Shown here in pieces: positions 50,719 through 59,123 of a stretch of 64,000 nucleotides of DNA. The stretch comes from Candidatus Peregrinibacteria bacterium Greene0416_19 (GTDB taxonomy: Bacteria; Patescibacteriota; Gracilibacteria; Peribacterales; Peribacteraceae): the NCBI GenBank assembly GCA_007375735.1, contig VMEW01000001.1, positions 11,831 to 75,830 on the forward strand, given 5' to 3'. Position numbers and translations under genes: made by a program. The notes beneath the pieces are model-generated. The model did not search any database and was not told the origin of the DNA. It saw only the letters and a program-made list of their open reading frames with translations. Position 1 is the first letter of the stretch. Every line of letters starts with the position of its first letter.

Positions 50719-52479
50719 TTAGTCTAATTCAAATTTCTTGAGGTATGTCTCCTGTTCCCGCAGCACCTCCGCCGGCATATCCTTCTTGTTCAGCAAGAAA
50801 CTTCCCAACACCAAATAATCCATATGCGTGTTCAGGAAACAATTCAGGGCGTCTTTCGGCGACTCGACGATGGGCTCGCCTCGCACATTGAACGATGTGT
50901 TGATGATGACGGGGCACTGCGTTTTCTCCTCGAACTTCTTGATCAGGTCGTAGTAGCGCGGGTTCTGGTCACGGCGGATGGTCTGGATTCTCGCTGAACC
51001 GTCGACGTGGGTGACAGCCGGGATCTGCTCGCGGCGGTGGGGGAGGGTGTCGGCCACGAGGAGCATGTAGGGGCTCTCGACGTTCAACGCGAACCATTCG
51101 CCGACTTTCTCCTCCAGCACCGTCGGCGCGAAGGGACGGAAGGACTCGCGGAATTTTATTTTGAGGTTCACCTTCTGCCAATTCTCCCGGTTCCGCGCGT
51201 CCGCGATGATGGAGCGGTTGCCAAGCGACCGAGGGCCGTACTCCATCCGGCCCTGGAACCATCCGATGACATTGTCTCCTTCGAGGAGAGAGGCAACGGA
51301 ATCGAAGAGTGCACCATCGTCGAGCCGCTCGTACGGAAGGTTCTGCTGCCTGAGCAAGCTCTCGATCTCCTCAGTCGAGTATTCGTTCCCCAGGAATGCA
51401 TGCTCCATCTTCTTCGTTCGTGCGCCGTTGAACACACGATGCCAGATGAGGAGTGCCCCGCCGAGTGCCCCGCCGGCGTCTCCTGACGCAGGCTGAATGA
51501 AGATGTCCTTGAAGAGGCCTGCTTTGAGGATTTTCCCATTCGCGACGCAATTGAGCGCCACGCCACCGGCAAGGCACAGGTAATCGCTCGGGCATAGCTC
51601 CTTCGCGCGCATCACGATCTTCATCATCGCCTGCTCGGTGATTTCCTGCAGCGACCGCGCCACGTCTTTGTGGAACTGCGTCAGTTCCTTCTCCGGCTTG
51701 CGGGCGGGCTGTCCGAAGAGCTTCTCGATCGCCCGACCGGTCATCGTCATGCCGTACTCGTAGTTGAAGTACTTCATGTTGAGACGGAAACTGCCGTCTT
51801 CCTTCAACTCGATGAGCTCACGCATCTCTCTCATGTACGTCGGTTGTCCGTACGGCGCGAGCCCCATTACCTTGTACTCGGCACTATTCACCTTAAATCC
51901 CAGATAATAGGTGATGGCGGAGTAGAGGAGACCGAGTGAATGCGGAAAGTGAATTTCCTCTTTCAGCGCAAGGCTCGTTCCCTCGCCCTTCCCGATCGTC
52001 GTCGTCGCCCACTCGCCCACGCCGTCGACCGTCACCACCGTCGCCTGCGGAAAGCCGGAGACGTAGTAGGCCGATGCGGCATGCGATTCGTGGTGTTGGC
52101 AGTAGTAGATCGGTCCCGTGTAGCCGAGTTCCTTCTTGATGTTCTGCGGGATCCACAACTTTTTGGTCATCCATTCTTGCATTGCTGCCTGATACGACCG
52201 CAACCCACGCGGCCATACCTTCATGTAGGTCGGGATGATGCGGTCGAAGAACTTCAGGAGCGGCTTCTCGTAGAAACCGACGGCGTCAATGTCTTTGATC
52301 GTGATGCCGGCGAACTTGAGTGCCTGCTCAACCGCGCGCTTTGGGAGCGCATCGTCATGTTTCTTCCGCGTGTACCGCTCCTCGTGCGCCGCGAAGATCA
52401 CCTCGCCGTCTTTCACCAGGCACGCGGCACTGTCATGGTAGTAGCAGGAGAGGCCGAAGATGTAGATGGGTTTGGGCAT
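50719..52479 (-). CDS. carbamoyltransferase (NodU/CmcH/SxtI family)
   Basis: 586 aa. N-terminal IFGLSCYYHDSAACLV motif and two-domain NodU length. Confidence 0.9.
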   Translation of the reverse strand: MPKPIYIFGLSCYYHDSAACLVKDGEVIFAAHEERYTRKKHDDALPKRAVEQALKFAGITIKDIDAVGFYEKPLLKFFDRIIPTYMKVWPRGLRSYQAAMQEWMTKKLWIPQNIKKELGYTGPIYYCQHHESHAASAYYVSGFPQATVVTVDGVGEWATTTIGKGEGTSLALKEEIHFPHSLGLLYSAITYYLGFKVNSAEYKVMGLAPYGQPTYMREMRELIELKEDGSFRLNMKYFNYEYGMTMTGRAIEKLFGQPARKPEKELTQFHKDVARSLQEITEQAMMKIVMRAKELCPSDYLCLAGGVALNCVANGKILKAGLFKDIFIQPASGDAGGALGGALLIWHRVFNGARTKKMEHAFLGNEYSTEEIESLLRQQNLPYERLDDGALFDSVASLLEGDNVIGWFQGRMEYGPRSLGNRSIIADARNRENWQKVNLKIKFRESFRPFAPTVLEEKVGEWFALNVESPYMLLVADTLPHRREQIPAVTHVDGSARIQTIRRDQNPRYYDLIKKFEEKTQCPVIINTSFNVRGEPIVESPKDALNCFLNTHMDYLVLGSFLLNKKDMPAEVLREQETYLKKFELD

Positions 52480-52480
52480 G

Positions 52481-52711
52481 TTAGAACGGCCGTTTCATCG
52501 TTTCGGCCGTCTCCACTGTTGCCGGGATCCAGAACGACGCTGTCGGTTGCGGACGACGGACGAGTGCCACAATCTTCATGATGATCGCGTAGATCCCGAA
52601 CCCCACGATCCACAGGATCGTCAGGATGATGAAGCTCATGAGCTTCCCGAGTGCGTGGGAGAACTCCATCCATGCATCGTAGAACCAGGAGAGGGGCGGG
52701 GGGAGGCGCAT
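52481..52711 (-). CDS. small 2-TM membrane protein in the SxtJ position
   Basis: 76 aa from ATG 52711, which overlaps the upstream TGA by 1 nt. Only 1 nt separates its stop from the carbamoyltransferase start. SxtJ identity is inferred from position and TM content only. Confidence 0.5.
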   Translation of the reverse strand: MRLPPPLSWFYDAWMEFSHALGKLMSFIILTILWIVGFGIYAIIMKIVALVRRPQPTASFWIPATVETAETMKRPF

Positions 52712-52869
52712 CAAAAAACGGTGTAAATGAACGGTGCCAGTGCCGACCCCTGTGCGAAGACGAGGATGAGGCCCAGGAGCGTGATGAGCAAGATCATCGG
52801 CAGCAGCCACCATTTCTTGCGCACCCGCATGAACTGCCAGAGCTCGGCGAAGATGGCGAGTTTGGACAT
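52711..52869 (-). CDS. DUF5989 / SxtK-like mini-protein
   Basis: 52 aa: MSKLAIFAELWQFMRVRKKWWLLPMILLITLLGLILVFAQGSALAPFIYTVF. The ELW.F...RKK.WL.P and GSA.APFIYT.F patterns match my recollection of DUF5989. Confidence 0.7.
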   Translation of the reverse strand: MSKLAIFAELWQFMRVRKKWWLLPMILLITLLGLILVFAQGSALAPFIYTVF

Positions 52870-52873
52870 GCAG

Positions 52874-54055
52874 CTATAGTAGGGATGCACACACGAATCT
52901 CGCAATCAATTCCCCCGCAACCCGGTGCCCTTCCTCATTCCAGTGTCCGGCTCCCGGACCAGTCTGCTCGAAGCCGTGGAAGGTGAGCGTCCGTTCCTCG
53001 GTCAGTTTCTGCATCATTGGTGCCAGTGTGAGCGTCGGAAAGCCGTACTTTTTACCTGTCCGTTCAATCCTCCGTTCCGGATAAAACAGATCTGTCACGC
53101 CGAGTTCCCGCGCTGCACGCTCACGCACCGCCGGATCCGGGTGGACCTGTATGCCGTTGCTCAGGGTGACGACCGCGAATCCGGCGCCGCTCTCCCGCAC
53201 GTCGATCTGCATTCCTCCCAGGATTTGCTCGGTCAATTCCCACGCTTCCCTCCATTCTCCGGTTCCCGGTTCCCGGTAGACCTCATCGTCCAGCCCGGTC
53301 TCATGGCCCGCAATGTCCGTGCCCGACCCGGTTGATGCGGTGATGGCTGCATTCCGTCCGATGATTTTCTTCGCATGGTACAGCACTTGCAGTGCACGGG
53401 AATGGTGAACCAGAGACTGGAAGAAGCGGGAGCTGAACGAGAGCTGCCGTCGGAATGCCGGATTCTCCCGGAATGAAAAATCGGGATTGAGACTCTCTCC
53501 ATCCAGCCGGAAGTATGGCTTCATCCTGTTCCCCTCGAGCGCGAAGGAGTTGTTGCGGATGTCATTCCCCGTCGTCATCGCGAGGAGCACGATGTCCGGA
53601 GCGAACTGACGCACCACTTGCCGGAAGTGAATGCGCTCCTGCGCGGTGCCGAAGCCGGATACGCCGAAGTTAAGCACTTCGATCTTCTCCCGGTTTAGGC
53701 GGTCACAGGAACGCAGTGCATGCTCCATTACCGCTGGGAATGTCTTCTCCAGCTCCACCTGTCGTGCCTCGGTATAAGAATCTCCCAGGACTGCGATCCG
53801 GACAGTTCCTTCCGGTTTCCCGACCCTGCGATCCTTGTCCCGCATGCCGTGGCGGTTGATGCGCACGTACGCTCGCCCCTCTTCCGTCTGCCACCCGGCT
53901 GCTCCGGGCCGCAGGCTGAAGCCGGTCCATTCGTCGGCGCGCGTCCAGAGGGGGTAGGAGGTGCCGGTGAGGCGGAAGGTGACTTCGACGAGGAGGAAGC
54001 CCACGAGCAACGATCCCGCAAGAAGGCCCAAGGGAACGACAACGTTCTTTCGCAC
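52874..54055 (-). CDS. membrane-anchored SGNH-like hydrolase/acyl-esterase (paralogous architecture to 47263..48273)
   Basis: GTG 54055 lies 7 nt after TAGTCT (complement of 54063-54068). TM helix followed by block I AVLGDSYTEA. The track start 54253 reads through a palindromic repeat. Confidence 0.7.
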   Translation of the reverse strand: MRKNVVVPLGLLAGSLLVGFLLVEVTFRLTGTSYPLWTRADEWTGFSLRPGAAGWQTEEGRAYVRINRHGMRDKDRRVGKPEGTVRIAVLGDSYTEARQVELEKTFPAVMEHALRSCDRLNREKIEVLNFGVSGFGTAQERIHFRQVVRQFAPDIVLLAMTTGNDIRNNSFALEGNRMKPYFRLDGESLNPDFSFRENPAFRRQLSFSSRFFQSLVHHSRALQVLYHAKKIIGRNAAITASTGSGTDIAGHETGLDDEVYREPGTGEWREAWELTEQILGGMQIDVRESGAGFAVVTLSNGIQVHPDPAVRERAARELGVTDLFYPERRIERTGKKYGFPTLTLAPMMQKLTEERTLTFHGFEQTGPGAGHWNEEGHRVAGELIARFVCASLL

Positions 54056-54082
54056 GAGTGTGAGACTACCATTTCTAGGCCC

Positions 54083-54253
54083 ATGCCCCCACCCCCGACC
54101 CCTCCCCCTCCCTCCGGTCGGGAGAGGGGAGAGACGTCTGAGGTGTATTCCCACAGCTTCACAAAGATTATGGAGAGAAGCAGGATGCCTTCTTCCTGAA
54201 TGGAGCTCCCCTCTCCCGACGATAGGAGGGGGAGGGGTCGGGGGTGGGGGCAT
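54083..54253. repeat. 171-bp palindromic element (ATGCCCCC-terminus family) in a divergent promoter region
   Basis: Perfect 29-bp arms ATGCCCCCACCCCCGACCCCTCCCCCTCC (54083-54111) / 54225-54253. Inner 14-bp arms 54118-54131 / 54206-54219. Confidence 0.9.
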
Positions 54254-54320
54254 GAATCAGGAGATCACAACCTTCGATCGACGCTTGTGCTTGGGCAAGT
54301 CGCTCTCCATACTTTCCCCA

Positions 54321-55235
54321 ATGACCACGCTCGTCACGGGCTCCTCCGGCACCATCGGCACGCGGCTCGTGGAAATGATGCTTGAGCGGAAGATCCCCGT
54401 GATGGGTATCGACTGGATGCCCAACAAATGGCAACCGTCCGTGCATGCAGTCACACGACAATGCGACCTTCGCGACTTTCAAGCGCTCGAGCGGCTGGAG
54501 CTTCCGGCAGATGTGGACACAATTATTCACCTGGCCGCAAACGCCCGTGTGTACGAGCTGGTCGAAGACCCGGATCGCGCGCGGGATAACATGATGACCA
54601 CGTACAACGTGCTGGAGTATGCGCGGCGGAAGGGCATCAGACGGTTTCTGTTCGCGTCGTCACGGGAAGTGTATGGCAACGCAGGACACGAGACGTACAG
54701 CGAGGACATGATCACTGTGCCGGGCTGCGAAAGCCCGTACACCGCGAGCAAGATTGCCGGTGAAGCGCTCATGCAGGCCTACACGCGTTGCTACAGCATG
54801 GATCATATCATCTTCCGGTTCAGCAACGTCTACGGCATGTACGATGACAGCAACCGCGTCATCCCACTCTTCCTGCGCTTGGCCCAGAACAATGAGACGC
54901 TCGTGGTATTCGGGAAGGAGAAGTGTCTGGACTTCACCTACATCGATGACACGGTGGAGGGCGTGTTGCTGGGCCTTGAACGATTCGATGCAGTGAAAAA
55001 TGGTACCTACAACCTGGCGTACGGTGAGGGGACGACCATCCTGCACCTGGCGGAACGGGTGAAGGATCTTACCGGCAGCACATCGGAGATTCGCATTGCC
55101 TCCTCCCGTCGCGGAGAGGTGACCAACTACGTCGCCGACATCTCGCAAGCGAAGGCGGCGCTCGGGTACACCCCAAAAACATCCTTCGCGGACGGCATCC
55201 GGAGGACGGCGGAGTGGTACGGGGCGCATACCTGA
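54321..55235 (+). CDS. NAD-dependent sugar epimerase/dehydratase (SDR)
   Basis: VTGSSGTIGTRL and YTASKIAGE motifs. ATG 54321 lies 7 nt after CATACT 54308-54313. Confidence 0.85.
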   Translation: MTTLVTGSSGTIGTRLVEMMLERKIPVMGIDWMPNKWQPSVHAVTRQCDLRDFQALERLELPADVDTIIHLAANARVYELVEDPDRARDNMMTTYNVLEYARRKGIRRFLFASSREVYGNAGHETYSEDMITVPGCESPYTASKIAGEALMQAYTRCYSMDHIIFRFSNVYGMYDDSNRVIPLFLRLAQNNETLVVFGKEKCLDFTYIDDTVEGVLLGLERFDAVKNGTYNLAYGEGTTILHLAERVKDLTGSTSEIRIASSRRGEVTNYVADISQAKAALGYTPKTSFADGIRRTAEWYGAHT

Positions 55236-55238
55236 ATG

Positions 55239-56213
55239 TCATAGGCTGACCAGCCACTGCCTCCTCCGTACGCGTGATGCCATAAGTGGAAACGAGAGAG
55301 GTGTTCGCCGATCCTTCGTCCGGACGGATCCGAGTCCCGCTTCGAATCCGTGCTCCTGCTTCAGCCATCGCGAGAGTTGTCGGAGTTCACGGATGTATGG
55401 TGCATAGATGTGTGTAGCGATCAAACTACTTCCTTCCATGTGGTAGGTCGCAAGGCCTGTGTCGTAGAGCCAGGGTTTGAGCAGCTTCAGCCCATGGAAA
55501 TGGTAGAAGACAAGCGGCCGCCCGTCGACGAGAACGTTCGTCCCGTCCCATGCATACCGGTGGGTATCCAGATTCCACGGTGCAACGTTGAGGCCGGGAT
55601 GCGTTGCAATCTTCACGTTCCGGAAGAGCCGCGGCACCTGCTCCAGATACTTCTGGTTCGAGAATTTCCCATCCTCCACCCGGTCATGGCACCACTCGAT
55701 GCACCGGTCACACCACCACTGCACGGCCTTCGCGCCTTCGGGGGTTTTCGTGGCTGCGCAGAAGCCGGCATTGAAAAGCCCATTCTGGAGCTTCGAGTGG
55801 AGATGCTCGGGGAACCCGTGCGGAGTGAGGAGTATCTCACTTGCGCCGATCTCCCGAGCGATGGCATCGGGAGAGGAGAAGAACCACAGGTCACCGTCGA
55901 GGTAGGTGAGGAGCGTGCCTTCCGACAGACGGTCCAGCACCGAGCGGAGCAGAAAGGGTTTGCTGGTCGCGATGTACTCGTACGACCCCCGCTGGGGTTT
56001 GACGGCCGGGAGCTCCGGATAGGCTGTCTCCACCTCCCGCAGGCTGAAGGCGCTCACGGACGGAATCTTCATGCGGTCAAACAGAGCGAAGGATGCATCG
56101 TCCGTGCACAGGATCCAGAGCCTGAAAGACGTTCCCTGCCGCTCCAGCGAGCGGATGAGCGCCATCGTCCGCAGGACGAAGTGCGCGTCGATCATGGTGC
56201 AGAATTCGAGCAC
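55239..56213 (-). CDS. putative nucleotide-diphospho-sugar transferase (GT-A-like, family not recognised)
   Basis: YLDGDLWFF (DxD) after a Rossmann-like N-terminal half. GTG 56213 lies 6 nt after TACCAT (complement of 56220-56225). Confidence 0.6.
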   Translation of the reverse strand: MLEFCTMIDAHFVLRTMALIRSLERQGTSFRLWILCTDDASFALFDRMKIPSVSAFSLREVETAYPELPAVKPQRGSYEYIATSKPFLLRSVLDRLSEGTLLTYLDGDLWFFSSPDAIAREIGASEILLTPHGFPEHLHSKLQNGLFNAGFCAATKTPEGAKAVQWWCDRCIEWCHDRVEDGKFSNQKYLEQVPRLFRNVKIATHPGLNVAPWNLDTHRYAWDGTNVLVDGRPLVFYHFHGLKLLKPWLYDTGLATYHMEGSSLIATHIYAPYIRELRQLSRWLKQEHGFEAGLGSVRTKDRRTPLSFPLMASRVRRRQWLVSL

Positions 56214-56289
56214 GAAGCGATGGTATCACCATGGCCGTGCGTGCGCTCTCCGGCTTGAGAATCATCAATTCCTCCCATACCCTGCCTGC

Positions 56290-58131
56290 ATGTGCGGCAT
56301 AGCGGGATACACCGGCATCGATGAGCGGGAGTACCTCCAAAAAATGACCGACCGGCTGTTCCACCGCGGCCCGGATGACGGCGGGGAATACCATTCCGCG
56401 GAAGATTGCGTGCATCTTGGCATGCGTCGACTGGCGATTGTGGATATCAAGGATGGCGTGCAGCCCATGACGACGGCCGACGGCCGGTTCTGCATCGTGT
56501 ATAACGGTGAAATATTCAATGCGCCGGAACTGCGGAAAGAATTGGAATCCCAGGGCAGAGCATTCCGCACCGACCACTCGGATACCGAGGTCATCCTCCA
56601 GCTCTATGCGCGCGACGGCGCCATGGCACCCGGCCGGCTCAACGGCATGTTCGCATTCGCCATCTACGATCGCGATCGGCGCACCCTCTTCTGCGCACGG
56701 GATCAGGCCGGCATCAAGCCATTCTTCTACAGTGTCGGTCCGGACGGACGGTTCTCCTTTGCATCAGAAATCAAAGCTTTGTTGTTGCTTCCCTGGGTCG
56801 AGCGAGCGATCGACCGCCAGGCGGTGGCGGACTTCCTCAGCTTCCAGGCCATACCTGCGCCGCGAACTATCTACAGCGCCATCCGCAAGCTGCCGGCGGG
56901 TGCCAGCCTGATCTACTCCCTTGCCGATCACTCCGTTTCCGTTCTGCCATACTGGACACCGCCGGTGGACCTGTACCGCCGTGATCCCCTGCGCGCCGAT
57001 CCACGCGAGTATCCACGCATCATCCGGGGCGCCTTCGAGCGGGCGGTGAATCGTTGGTCCACGAGCGACGTACCGATTGCCTATTCGCTCTCCGGCGGTA
57101 TCGATTCCTCCGCCGTCGTCGGTGCGAGCGCACATATTCTGAAAGGTCCGCTCGCGACGTACACGCTCGGCTTCACCGATAGCCCGGATCTGGATGAGCG
57201 CGCGCCTGCGCGGGAGGTGGCAGCGATGTGGAACACGGATCACCATGAAATCCTGCTGACGGAGCAGGATCTTCTCGGCTCGCTCGATGCGATGGCGGAT
57301 GCGCTCGATGAGCCGTACGCCGGAGGCCTGCCCTCCTGGTTCGTGTTTCGGGAGATGGGCAGGCACGTGAAAGTGGCCATGACCGGCACGGGTGGCGACG
57401 AGCTCTTCGGGAATTACGGGAAATGGCTGGCGCACGAGTGGGGCGGCAAGCGCCTCACGCGCATCCGCACGTTCCTCCGTAACGGCGGCAGCATGCGCCA
57501 CCTCCTCGCCTCTCCCCACGGAGCCCTCCACTACCCGTACTTCACCGATGCCGCCAAACAATCGCTCCTCACCCCGGCATTCGCATCGGGACTCTCCCCC
57601 TCCACAGCATTGCTCGAACACTTGTGGCGCGCGAGCCCCGATGCTGATCCCAGGAGCAGGGTTGCCTTCATGGACTTCCAACTGCAGCTGCCCGAGGAAT
57701 TTCTCTTCATGACGGACAGGTTCTCCATGGCGCACTCAGTGGAAGCCCGCACACCGCTCCTCGACCGGGAACTCGTCGAGACGGTGTTCCGCATCCCCCC
57801 GGAAGCGCGTACGACGAGCGGATCCCTCAAGCGGCTCTTCATCGCCGCCGTCGCCGACCTGCTTCCGCCGGCTGTCCTCTCCTCGCGCAAGCGGGGGTTC
57901 GTCCTGCCCGCCGGCCGGTGGCTCCGGGGGCGGCTCCGGCCGCTCGTGGAGGATCTGTGCAATCCTTCTTCCCTGCGGACGCAGGGCATTTTTCAGGAGT
58001 CCGTCTTCGAGCAGATCGTCCGTCCGCATCTCTCGGGCGAACGAAACCTCGACTGGCAACTCTGGACGATCCTGAGTTTCCAGCTGTGGTACGACCACTT
58101 CATTTCTCCGTCGCGGGTTTCCGTGCGTTGA
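56290..58131 (+). CDS. asparagine synthase (glutamine-hydrolysing)-like amidotransferase
   Basis: MCGIAG N-terminus (Cys2 nucleophile) and PP-loop SLSGGIDSS. 613 aa from ATG 56290. Confidence 0.9.
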   Translation: MCGIAGYTGIDEREYLQKMTDRLFHRGPDDGGEYHSAEDCVHLGMRRLAIVDIKDGVQPMTTADGRFCIVYNGEIFNAPELRKELESQGRAFRTDHSDTEVILQLYARDGAMAPGRLNGMFAFAIYDRDRRTLFCARDQAGIKPFFYSVGPDGRFSFASEIKALLLLPWVERAIDRQAVADFLSFQAIPAPRTIYSAIRKLPAGASLIYSLADHSVSVLPYWTPPVDLYRRDPLRADPREYPRIIRGAFERAVNRWSTSDVPIAYSLSGGIDSSAVVGASAHILKGPLATYTLGFTDSPDLDERAPAREVAAMWNTDHHEILLTEQDLLGSLDAMADALDEPYAGGLPSWFVFREMGRHVKVAMTGTGGDELFGNYGKWLAHEWGGKRLTRIRTFLRNGGSMRHLLASPHGALHYPYFTDAAKQSLLTPAFASGLSPSTALLEHLWRASPDADPRSRVAFMDFQLQLPEEFLFMTDRFSMAHSVEARTPLLDRELVETVFRIPPEARTTSGSLKRLFIAAVADLLPPAVLSSRKRGFVLPAGRWLRGRLRPLVEDLCNPSSLRTQGIFQESVFEQIVRPHLSGERNLDWQLWTILSFQLWYDHFISPSRVSVR

Positions 58132-59119
58132 GGAGGATGCCGTTCCCGCCGCGGCGGATGGACACGTCCGCCAGGTCCGTGCGGCTGCACCATTCCCGCA
58201 CGGACGCGATGGTTTGCGGAAAATCATACCGGGCGGAGAGGGCGTCGAAGGTATCGAGGATCGCCCACTGCACCAGCTGCTCCCGGCTGAGGGGAAGGAT
58301 GCCGGTGTAGTTCCAGCACGGCACGAGGAGCGGGACGATGCGCCGCAGCACCGGGATCCGCCGCATGGCATTGTCGATGGGGAACCACAGCGGAACGTAC
58401 CACTCAGCGATCCCGCGGAGGAGCGATGGAGGGAGGCGCTTCGTGAGCCAGCGGTAGAGGAATTTCGACTGCCATCGGTCGGGCAGCGGCCGCCGCCTCG
58501 ATGGTACCCAGCGGCGGTACACGTCCGCTGCGATCTTCCCGCCCGGCCTGAGCGGGGGCAGGAGGCAGCGGAACGCCCGCTCGGGGTCCGGCGTGTGCTG
58601 GAGCACACCGTAGCAGAAGACGTACTCCACCGAAGACGGGGCGATCGGCAGACGGAACACATCGGCCTGTAGAATGTGCAGTCGCGGGTGCGGCCAGTGA
58701 TTCGCGGCGCAGGCGTCGACGGCGCTGCTGTAGTCCATGGCAATCACCTCCGCGCCGGCTGCGAGCAGGATTTCTGTGAAGCGCCCCGCGCCGCACCCCA
58801 CTTCCAATACCCTCTTCCCTGCAAGTTCATCCGTCCGCCATCCCGTTCCCTCATGGAAGCGGTCACGGCTGATGTGCGTGCCATTGCGGCTGTCGAGCTG
58901 CACGAGCCGGTAGCGGTTCCACTGCAGGCCGAAATTTTCCGTGTATCCGTCATCCTGCACGAAGCGGGGGATGCCGTTGCAGATGGCGTAAGTCTTCCCA
59001 TTCTCTCCGTGCAGCCCCCCCTCCATCACTTCCGCGCCTTCCTGCAGGGTCATCTGCTCAAGCGAGAGCGGGCCGCCGGTGCCGGGATCGCGGAGGAACG
59101 GGAGGAGGGAACGGTGCAT
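58100..59119 (-). CDS. SAM-dependent methyltransferase with N-terminal Trm112-like zinc-ribbon-type segment
   Basis: LLPFLRDPGTGGPL...CNGIPRFV followed by motif I VLEVGCGAGRFT. Start ATG 59119, 4 nt after the upstream stop. Confidence 0.8.
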   Translation of the reverse strand: MHRSLLPFLRDPGTGGPLSLEQMTLQEGAEVMEGGLHGENGKTYAICNGIPRFVQDDGYTENFGLQWNRYRLVQLDSRNGTHISRDRFHEGTGWRTDELAGKRVLEVGCGAGRFTEILLAAGAEVIAMDYSSAVDACAANHWPHPRLHILQADVFRLPIAPSSVEYVFCYGVLQHTPDPERAFRCLLPPLRPGGKIAADVYRRWVPSRRRPLPDRWQSKFLYRWLTKRLPPSLLRGIAEWYVPLWFPIDNAMRRIPVLRRIVPLLVPCWNYTGILPLSREQLVQWAILDTFDALSARYDFPQTIASVREWCSRTDLADVSIRRGGNGILLNARKPATEK

Positions 59120-59123
59120 GGCG

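Noticed and set aside
53961-54320. N-terminal 120-aa extension of the SDR gene, and the 66-aa extension of the SGNH gene (54056..54253)
   Set aside because: Both extensions are translations of the 171-bp palindromic repeat (..PPPTPPPP.., ..GRGRGWG..). The -10 boxes and conserved N-termini (MTTLVTGSSG; TM helix after VRKNVV) support the shorter genes.
55335-55360. tRNA-like T-arm word (GCTTCGAATCC)
   Set aside because: No acceptor or anticodon stems can be folded around it, and it lies inside the well-supported GT-A-like CDS.
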